DNA from: a virus
Length of the DNA stretch: 59,031 bases
IMG/VR virus record: IMGVR_UViG_3300016474_000052
Coordinates: 1-59,031 of that record
Strand: one strand, 5' to 3'
The position numbers were made by a program, and so were the translations under genes. This document shows, piece by piece, positions 53,192 through 59,031 of the stretch; the stretch's first letter is position 1; each line of letters begins with the position of its first letter. The notes below the pieces were generated by a model. The model saw only the letters and a list, made by a program, of their open reading frames with translations, had not been told where the DNA came from and made no database searches.

Positions 53192-53600
53192 CGCTTCGAA
53201 TGAAGCGGCGATTCGGGAAGCATTTCCTGAAGTCCACCCCGGTGCAGCACCCTTAGGCGCTCGATTGCTCGTGCAGATCAAGTCGCCCAAGAAGAAAACG
53301 ACGTCTTCGGGCATCGTCCTGGTCGAAGAGACCAAAGAAGTTGAGAAGTGGAACAGCCAAGTGGCTAAAGTTATTTCGGTTGGCCCTCTTGCTTTCCGTA
53401 AACGTGACTCGATGGACCCATGGCCTGAAGGCTCATGGTGCGAAATCGGCGATTTTGTCCGCGTACCCAAGTGGGGCGGGGACCGATGGGAAGTCTCGGT
53501 ACCTGGGAGCGATGAGAAGGCCCTGTTTTGCATCTTCAACGACCATGAAATCATCGCCAAGGTCACGATGGACCCCTTGACGATGCACATTTACATCTAG
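53178..53600 (+). CDS. GroES/Cpn10-like co-chaperonin homologue
   Basis: PLGARLLVQIKSPKKKTTSSGIVLVEE..VAKVISVGP..CEIGDFVRVPKWGG..ALFCIFNDHEIIAKV follows the GroES pattern (PLxDRVLV..K(T/S)xGGIVLP..GxVxAVGxG..VGDxV...Y.G..........DILA.V). Confidence 0.6.
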   Translation: MSMTNASNEAAIREAFPEVHPGAAPLGARLLVQIKSPKKKTTSSGIVLVEETKEVEKWNSQVAKVISVGPLAFRKRDSMDPWPEGSWCEIGDFVRVPKWGGDRWEVSVPGSDEKALFCIFNDHEIIAKVTMDPLTMHIYI

Positions 53601-53616
53601 GTTTTGGGAGAAAACC

Positions 53617-54588
53617 GTGAATGCAAGCGACAAATTAGAGATGCAGCTTAGTGTCCAGGAGGCAAACGACGGCTCAGCCGTTGTCCAACTGCCTGATGAC
53701 ATGGAGCCCATCGATCAAACCCCTCCGCCGCCTGATATTTCTGAGCACAATGGATTTGCAGCGCCTGAAAGTCATGACGACGACGAAGATGTTGATCCCG
53801 AACGCGAAGCTATTCGTGCAGCACGACGCGAAGAGCGAAAACTCAAGCGCCAATTAGGCAAGGAAGAGAAGCGGCACAACCACCACCTGATCTCATCGCT
53901 CAAAAAGCAGAATCAGGAGCTTGCCGAACGCCTTGCAAACCTCGAAAAGCGCACCTCCGGGGCAGAAATGGCCCGCGTGGAGAAGGCTATCGAGGACGCT
54001 GACGTCCGTTTGCGCTGGACGCAGATGAAATTGAAGGAAGCGGTCGAATCTGGCGACGGTGATGGTGTCGTACAGGCCCAAGAGGCCATGTATGAGGCCA
54101 AGCGACAGGTCGAAGCCCTTCAAAACCTCAAGCATCAGGCTTCTAAGCAGGTCGAAACCTCGGGAATCAAGCCTCCAGACCCCGATATGCAGCGTCTTGC
54201 ATCAAATTGGATGGCTAACAACCGCTGGTATGACCCAAAGGGTCGAGATACCGACTCGAGGATCGCCTTGCAGATCGATAAAACCATGGCTGAAGAGGGT
54301 TACGACCCATCAACCGAAGAGTATTGGGACGAGCTTGATGAACGCTTGTCAAAGTACCTACCTCATCGTTACAATCAAGGCAAGAGCAACAGTCGACCGA
54401 GACCTCGCTCTGTTGTAACGGGTTCTGAACGTTCTAGTTCGAGCACCTCTGGAAGTGGCAACGAGTTTTTGCTTTCACCGCAACGAGTCGCCGCCATCAA
54501 AGAGGCTGGAATGTGGGACAACAAGGAACAGCGCATGAAAATGATCAAGCGCTTCATGGATTTTGACCGTGAACAGAGAAAGGGATAA
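53617..54588 (+). CDS. scaffolding protein (putative)
   Basis: 323 aa. Acidic N-terminus, long charged coiled-coil-like middle. Located between the portal region and the capsid gene. GTG start with RBS GGGAGA. Confidence 0.55.
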   Translation: MNASDKLEMQLSVQEANDGSAVVQLPDDMEPIDQTPPPPDISEHNGFAAPESHDDDEDVDPEREAIRAARREERKLKRQLGKEEKRHNHHLISSLKKQNQELAERLANLEKRTSGAEMARVEKAIEDADVRLRWTQMKLKEAVESGDGDGVVQAQEAMYEAKRQVEALQNLKHQASKQVETSGIKPPDPDMQRLASNWMANNRWYDPKGRDTDSRIALQIDKTMAEEGYDPSTEEYWDELDERLSKYLPHRYNQGKSNSRPRPRSVVTGSERSSSSTSGSGNEFLLSPQRVAAIKEAGMWDNKEQRMKMIKRFMDFDREQRKG

Positions 54589-54590
54589 TC

Positions 54591-55127
54591 ATGGACGATA
54601 GGCTCAAAAAGAATTCTGACGCTGGCCGACGCTCTCGGGCTTCCGAGGATCGACAGCGTGACGCACCTGAGGCAGATTTTGCCTTTGCGGGGGAACGTCG
54701 GAAGATGTTCCGGTCGGAGTGGCTACAGGAGGCTCTCCCGACACCGCCGGAGATTCCCGGCTTCCACCTTTGTTGGCTATCGACTACCAATTCGTATGAT
54801 CCGATTCACAAGCGGATGCGCCTGGGCTACGAGCCTGTTAAAGCTGATGACCTTCCCGGCTTTGAGCATCTAAAAGTGAAAGCAGGCGAGTTTGCAGGGT
54901 TTGTGGCGTGTAACGAAATGATTTTGTTCAAGCTTCCAATGGACATCTATCAGGACTACATGACGCAAGCACACTTCGAGGCGCCCCTGGAAGAGCAGGA
55001 AAAGATCCGGGTGCAAGTCGAGCAACTGCAAGGCGCCCGCGACTCAAACGGCAGACGGCTTGGGATGGTTGAGGGCGACGGGATGAATTTTGATCAACCA
55101 ACTCGACCCCCGGTATTCCAGGGTTGA
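54591..55127 (+). CDS. head-morphogenesis-module protein, unknown function
   Basis: 178-aa ORF, tightly packed between scaffold and decoration-like genes. Confidence 0.5.
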   Translation: MDDRLKKNSDAGRRSRASEDRQRDAPEADFAFAGERRKMFRSEWLQEALPTPPEIPGFHLCWLSTTNSYDPIHKRMRLGYEPVKADDLPGFEHLKVKAGEFAGFVACNEMILFKLPMDIYQDYMTQAHFEAPLEEQEKIRVQVEQLQGARDSNGRRLGMVEGDGMNFDQPTRPPVFQG

Positions 55128-55146
55128 GACCTCAGGAGTCTAAAAC

Positions 55147-55743
55147 ATGAGTGCTACCTCTGCAGCCTTTGGCATGCGGCCGGCATACCACCCAAGCGGG
55201 TTGGATCGTGCTCAAGCCCTTGCTAACGGCATCGCGTCTGGTTACAACGCGAACATTCTTAAAGGTCAGCCTGTGAAGATCAACGTTGCTACGGGCGCTA
55301 TCGTCCCCGCTGCAGCCGCTGAAGCCTTCGTAGGTTGTTTTGCAGGCGTTGAGTTCACCGACACCACCGGTCGTCGTCGTGTATCCAACTATTGGCCTGC
55401 CAACACGTCTGCGACTGAAATCGTTGCTTACTTCTACACCGATCCCGCGATCGTGTATGAGATCCAGACCAACGCGACCCTTGCGCAAACCGCAATCGGT
55501 CAGGAATATGATCTGGCCTCGACGACTGCAGGCTCGACCACCACTGGCCTTTCGCAGTGTGTGCTTGCAACGACTGCAGCCGCAACGACTGCTTCCAAGC
55601 AGATGCGAGTCATCGACATTGCGCCTTATCCCGACAACGCTTGGGGTGATAACTTTGTCATCGTCCGCGCACAGATTGCGCAACACCAGTTCGGCGGTAT
55701 CTACAACACTTCAGGTGTTGTTTACCCCGTAACCATCGCTTAA
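55147..55743 (+). CDS. capsid decoration/accessory-like protein
   Basis: 198 aa, immediately upstream of the MCP (lambda D/E-like order). Ala/Thr-rich beta-type sequence. Call is by position only. Confidence 0.4.
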   Translation: MSATSAAFGMRPAYHPSGLDRAQALANGIASGYNANILKGQPVKINVATGAIVPAAAAEAFVGCFAGVEFTDTTGRRRVSNYWPANTSATEIVAYFYTDPAIVYEIQTNATLAQTAIGQEYDLASTTAGSTTTGLSQCVLATTAAATTASKQMRVIDIAPYPDNAWGDNFVIVRAQIAQHQFGGIYNTSGVVYPVTIA

Positions 55744-55756
55744 GGAGGGCTAGAAC

Positions 55757-56671
55757 ATGGCAGCCCCGATGCGCAGTACCGACTTTCGGTCGATTGTCGA
55801 ACCGATCCTTAACGAATCGTTCGACGGTATTTATGATCAGAGAGCCGATGAATGGTCTACCGTTTTCCGTGAGCAAAATGGTATTCCCCGCAACTACCAC
55901 GAAGAGCCGGTCCTTTATGGTTTCGGCGCAGCCCCTGAAATGCCTGACGGCACTCCCGTCACCTATCAGCAGGGCGGCGTACTCTTCCTCAAGCGCTATG
56001 TGTACAAGGTCTATGGCTTGGCCTTCGCACTGACCAAAGTGCTCGTGGAAGACGGCGACCATATCCGGATTGGTCAGGTCTATGCTAAGCACCTCGCACA
56101 GTCTCTCGTCGAGACCAAAGAGACCTTGGCAGCTAACGTGCTCAACCGTGCCTTTACCGCAGGCTACAACGGTGGCGACGGCGTTCCCTTGAATGCCAAC
56201 AACCACCCGATCGTTAACGGCACCTTCAGCAACCTGCTTACGACCGCTGCGAACCTTTCGCAAACGTCGCTCGAGCAGATGCTCATCCAGATCCGTCAGG
56301 CTGTTGACAACAACGGCAAGAAGATCCGTTTGAACCCGCTGAAGTTGGTTGTTGCTCCTGGCAACACCTTCCAGGCTGAAGTTCTGCTCAAGAGCGTTCT
56401 GCGTGCTGGTACCGCAAACAACGACATCAACCCGATCAAATCGATTGGCTTGCTATCCGAGGGCGCTTCGGTTATCAGCCGTTTGACCTCGCCTACCGCA
56501 TGGTGGGTGCAGACCGACGCACCGGAAGGCATGAAGCTGATGATGCGCCGTGCCCTTGAAAAGACCATGGAAGGTGACTTCGAAACCGACTCCATGCGTT
56601 ACAAGGCCACCGAGCGTTATGACATCGGCTGGACCGACCCGCGTGCCATGTACGGTACTCCTGGCGTCTAA
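55757..56671 (+). CDS. major capsid protein (HK97-fold, lambda E / Mu gpT-like size class)
   Basis: 304 aa. Position fits, followed by a strong hairpin. The N-terminal ..FRSIVEPILNESFDGIYDQ..EW..VF.. and ..YGLAFALTKVLVEDGDH.. patterns resemble capsid families. Confidence 0.7.
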   Translation: MAAPMRSTDFRSIVEPILNESFDGIYDQRADEWSTVFREQNGIPRNYHEEPVLYGFGAAPEMPDGTPVTYQQGGVLFLKRYVYKVYGLAFALTKVLVEDGDHIRIGQVYAKHLAQSLVETKETLAANVLNRAFTAGYNGGDGVPLNANNHPIVNGTFSNLLTTAANLSQTSLEQMLIQIRQAVDNNGKKIRLNPLKLVVAPGNTFQAEVLLKSVLRAGTANNDINPIKSIGLLSEGASVISRLTSPTAWWVQTDAPEGMKLMMRRALEKTMEGDFETDSMRYKATERYDIGWTDPRAMYGTPGV

Positions 56672-56677
56672 ACCGGC

Positions 56678-56695
56678 GAGGGGCTTCGGCCCCTC
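56678..56695 (+). other. GC-stem UUCG-tetraloop hairpin after the capsid gene
   Basis: GAGGGGC-UUCG-GCCCCUC, 7-bp stem, 7 nt after the MCP stop. No U-tract. Confidence 0.75.
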
Positions 56696-56713
56696 TCCTC
56701 ATAGGAGAGAAAA

Positions 56714-57106
56714 ATGGCGTACAACAACAGTGTGACAAATGCAGCAGGTGTACTGTCAGCGATCACAGCAACGATCGCTTATACAGATACCGGCGCTGTC
56801 ACCATTGGCACGCTCCCCGCAGGCGCTCAGATCGTTGACATCAACATCGACGTGACGACTGCCTTCAATGCCGCCTCGACCAACACGGTCACGGTAGGCA
56901 AGACGGGATCGGCTGCTGCTTATGTCGCTTCGACTTCCGTTGGCTCTGCTGGCCGCATTTCGGTCGCCACGACCGGTGTATTCAGCGCCTGGGCTAACGT
57001 CGGCACAAGTGACGTTGACTATGCAACCGTGACCTATAGCCAGACCGGTACCGCGGCATCTGCCGGGGCTGCTCGTGTGACGATCGTCTACAAGTCGTTC
57101 GCATAA
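56714..57106 (+). CDS. small virion-module protein
   Basis: 130-aa Ala/Thr/Val-rich ORF with RBS GGAGAGAAAA. Confidence 0.55.
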   Translation: MAYNNSVTNAAGVLSAITATIAYTDTGAVTIGTLPAGAQIVDINIDVTTAFNAASTNTVTVGKTGSAAAYVASTSVGSAGRISVATTGVFSAWANVGTSDVDYATVTYSQTGTAASAGAARVTIVYKSFA

Positions 57107-57116
57107 GGAGCGGATC

Positions 57117-57674
57117 ATGGGTCAGTTCAAGCCAATGGTGAAAATGATGACCACCGAGCCTTCAGTGGAGTTGAAGCTGAAGAAAGGTGGCCATGTTCAA
57201 CGCAAAGCAATGGGCGGTATGCCTGAGGCTGCAGCACCTTCGGAGCGCGGTATTCCGATGGCTGCACGTCGCGGTATTGCTCCCAAGATGACCGTGCCTA
57301 AAGGCGGTATGCGCGGTCCAATGATGCGCAAGAAGGGCGGCGAAGTTGAGTCCAAGTCGATGCACAAGGCCGAAATGGCCGAGATGAAAGGCATCAAGAA
57401 GGAACTCAAGTCCCACGAGGGAAAGCCTGCTTCCAAAGCGCATAAAGGTCTCAAATCGGGTGGTGTAGCTGCTTACAAGACTGGTGGCGTGATTGAGAAG
57501 TACGCAACCGGTGGCGTTATCCAGAAGTTCAAGAATGGCGGACTTCAGGACGACGGCAAGGCAGTGAAGTACCCGAAGGTGCCTGCTACCAAACCTCCGT
57601 ACATTACGAAGCTTGCTGACACCCATAAAAAGGGCGGTCGGATTGCTAAGAAGGCCTACGGCGGCGCGTGCTAA
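57117..57674 (+). CDS. basic protein built from ten K/x-G-G motifs
   Basis: 185 aa. KKGGH, AMGGM, PKGGM, KKGGE, KSGGV, KTGGV, ATGGV, KNGGL, KKGGR, AYGGA. Confidence 0.6.
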   Translation: MGQFKPMVKMMTTEPSVELKLKKGGHVQRKAMGGMPEAAAPSERGIPMAARRGIAPKMTVPKGGMRGPMMRKKGGEVESKSMHKAEMAEMKGIKKELKSHEGKPASKAHKGLKSGGVAAYKTGGVIEKYATGGVIQKFKNGGLQDDGKAVKYPKVPATKPPYITKLADTHKKGGRIAKKAYGGAC

Positions 57675-57679
57675 ATAGT

Positions 57680-57695
57680 GGGGGCTTCGGCCCCT
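57680..57695 (+). other. GC-stem UUCG-tetraloop hairpin
   Basis: GGGGC-UUCG-GCCCC core, identical to that at 56680-56693. Lies 6 nt after the stop at 57674. Confidence 0.7.
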
Positions 57696-57715
57696 GCTTC
57701 TAACTGGGGACTGAC

Positions 57716-58018
57716 GTGAAAGTTCAATCCGTTTCAAAGACAGGGACTGGCTCGAGTAGCGCTCTGGTCATGAATACCAACATCAGCCCGTTTAACGTCG
57801 GGTTTGGTGTCACCGTGACTGGCACGGTCAACTATACCGTCCAGCACACCTTCGACGATCCCGCTGTGGGATTCTCGACTTGGTTCTCGCATCCTACCGT
57901 GGCCTCTCTGGCGGCCAACGCTGATGGCAACTACGCCTTCCCAGTGACTGGTATCAAGGTCCTGGTGAACTCAGGATCGGGCACTGCCACGCTTAATCTC
58001 ATCCAAGCGGGTATCTGA
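57716..58018 (+). CDS. small virion-module protein
   Basis: 100-aa ORF with a GTG start. Confidence 0.5.
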   Translation: MKVQSVSKTGTGSSSALVMNTNISPFNVGFGVTVTGTVNYTVQHTFDDPAVGFSTWFSHPTVASLAANADGNYAFPVTGIKVLVNSGSGTATLNLIQAGI

Positions 58019-58257
58019 TGGGCATCGTCGGCTACACCGGCGTTGCTAATCAAGCCAATACGTCAGACGGGTTCGCTCGTGGCGTAGGGGCTCAAAACGT
58101 CATTGGTGGCACAGACTGGGGCCTGGACGTTGGCGATAACGGCGTGGTCGATATGTATGGCGCAGTGCCTACAACCACCTTCTACATTCTTGATGAGACA
58201 ACCCCAGGGTACGTCCTTCAGGAAGACAACAGCAAGATCGTATTGGAGGCCTCGTGA
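58018..58257 (+). CDS. small virion-module protein
   Basis: 79-aa ORF, 1-nt overlap (TGATG) with the upstream gene. Confidence 0.5.
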   Translation: MGIVGYTGVANQANTSDGFARGVGAQNVIGGTDWGLDVGDNGVVDMYGAVPTTTFYILDETTPGYVLQEDNSKIVLEAS

Positions 58258-58838
58258 GCGACCAAAAGATTTCCGCAATGCCATCAGCCGCTACCCTCAC
58301 GGGTGCGGAGCTTGTGCCTCTGGTCCAAAGCGGTGCCAACGTCAAAGCTACGCTCGACTCCATCAGGGCCTATGACGCAGCCTACGGCGCCTTCAGTAGC
58401 TCACTGGATCAGACTGGCAGCATCTCTGCAGGCACGGTTATGACCTTCAGCACAACAGATGTTGCTGATGGCGTGACGCTTGTTAGCAGTAGCCGCCTGA
58501 CGGTTCCCAATACGGGCATCTATAACCTGCAGTTTAGTTCCCAGTTTAAGAACGTTGAGAACACGCAAGAAGATGTCACGATCTGGTTTCGGGTCAATGG
58601 CTCTGACCTTGCAAACTCAGCCACTCAGATCACGATCCCTGCAAGAAAGTCTGCAGGCATCTTTGGCTACGGCGTTGCAGCCTGGAACATCTATCTATCG
58701 CTTACCGCGGCTCAATACGTTCAGATCGTATGGCTTCCAACCGTCGCAACCCTGACGATGGAAGCTTTGCCTGCCAGCGTAACGCCTGCTTATCCTGCGA
58801 TACCTTCTGTTATCGCTACCATGGGACAGGTGGCCTAA
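58254..58838 (+). CDS. short fibre-like protein with C1q/TNF-like jelly-roll pattern
   Basis: N-terminal KISAMPSAATLTGAELVPLVQSG matches the N-terminus of the 846-aa fibre. C-terminal half TVPNTGIYNLQFSSQF..VTIWFRVNG..WNIYLSLTAAQYVQIVW resembles C1q-type heads. Confidence 0.5.
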   Translation: MSDQKISAMPSAATLTGAELVPLVQSGANVKATLDSIRAYDAAYGAFSSSLDQTGSISAGTVMTFSTTDVADGVTLVSSSRLTVPNTGIYNLQFSSQFKNVENTQEDVTIWFRVNGSDLANSATQITIPARKSAGIFGYGVAAWNIYLSLTAAQYVQIVWLPTVATLTMEALPASVTPAYPAIPSVIATMGQVA

Positions 58839-59031
58839 ATGCCAGCCAAATCAAAAGAGCAGTTCCGCCTGATGCAGGCGGTGGCCCATAACCCTTCGTT
58901 CGCTAAGAAGGTCGGTATCAAGCCGAGCGTAGGGTCTGAGTACACCAAATCAAACGTCGGAAAGAAATCCTATGAAAAGCTTCCTGAACGACTTAAAGAG
59001 GGCGGTCCGAGCCTTGCGGTTGGCCGTGGCG
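58839..59031 (+). CDS. N-terminal part of the wrap-around CDS (continues at nt 23)
   Basis: TAAATG junction with the upstream gene. MPAKSKEQFRLMQAVAHNPSFAKKVGIKPSVG.. resembles (from memory) DUF3008-type small proteins. Confidence 0.6.
   Translation, partial: MPAKSKEQFRLMQAVAHNPSFAKKVGIKPSVGSEYTKSNVGKKSYEKLPERLKEGGPSLAVGRG
59010..59031. repeat. 22-nt terminal overlap identical to nt 1-22 (circular closure)
   Basis: AGCCTTGCGGTTGGCCGTGGCG occurs at both ends, and an ORF reads through the junction in frame. Confidence 0.9.

Noticed and set aside
59010-59031. Interpreting the 22-nt terminal repeat as a biological direct terminal repeat or cos site
   Set aside because: It is too short, it sits inside a coding sequence, and its length is typical of assembler k-mer overlap at circular closure. 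True termini need read-end analysis.
1-59031. tRNA, tmRNA, CRISPR, integrase/attP, reverse transcriptase (DGR or retron) searches by eye
   Set aside because: I found no T-loop/acceptor-like GGTTCGAATCC-type signatures, no repeat-spacer arrays, no tyrosine or serine recombinase motifs and no YxDD RT motif. Absence by eye is not proof.

Overview
The window looks like a complete, circularly closed dsDNA tailed-phage genome. Nucleotides 1-22 are identical to 59010-59031, which gives about 59.0 kb of unique sequence, and one CDS runs across that junction.

There are three transcription blocks:
- A very long + strand late block runs from 43.4 kb, across the junction, to 29.45 kb. In order it carries terS, terL, a 545-nt non-coding gap and two large virion-module proteins. 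These are followed by portal, a GroES-like protein, scaffold, decoration-like protein and major capsid protein. Then come a T7 gp11-like adaptor, an HNH insert, about 13 kb of fibre or receptor-binding genes and the lysis cassette. The block ends with neck and nozzle-like proteins and four internal or ejection-type proteins, the last with an SLT domain.
- A - strand early block (35.6 to 29.4 kb) carries a PD-(D/E)XK exonuclease, an SSB-like protein, an HNH nuclease, many small unknown genes and a fucosyltransferase-like gene.
- A + strand middle block (35.7 to 43.3 kb) carries a Cro-like HTH, a DUF1376 protein with iterons, a DnaB-like helicase, HNH plus RusA, a Ref-like nuclease and small unknown genes.

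I found no tail tube, sheath or tape-measure set, which suggests a podovirus-like virion. I also found no DNA polymerase, RNA polymerase, integrase, tRNA or CRISPR array.

The most interesting items are:
- the non-coding gap after terL, which holds a convergent promoter/terminator unit (candidate sRNA);
- two portal-adjacent large proteins that share a PARP/ART-like motif block;
- a 279-residue Gly-Thr dipeptide tract in a 1416-aa internal protein;
- low-GC fibre genes with LamG and SPRY domains;
- a fucosyltransferase-like gene;
- an NrdR-type zinc ribbon without an ATP-cone;
- a recurrent K-x-G-G peptide motif in virion proteins.

All functional calls rest on motifs read by eye and recalled family signatures. 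No database search was run.
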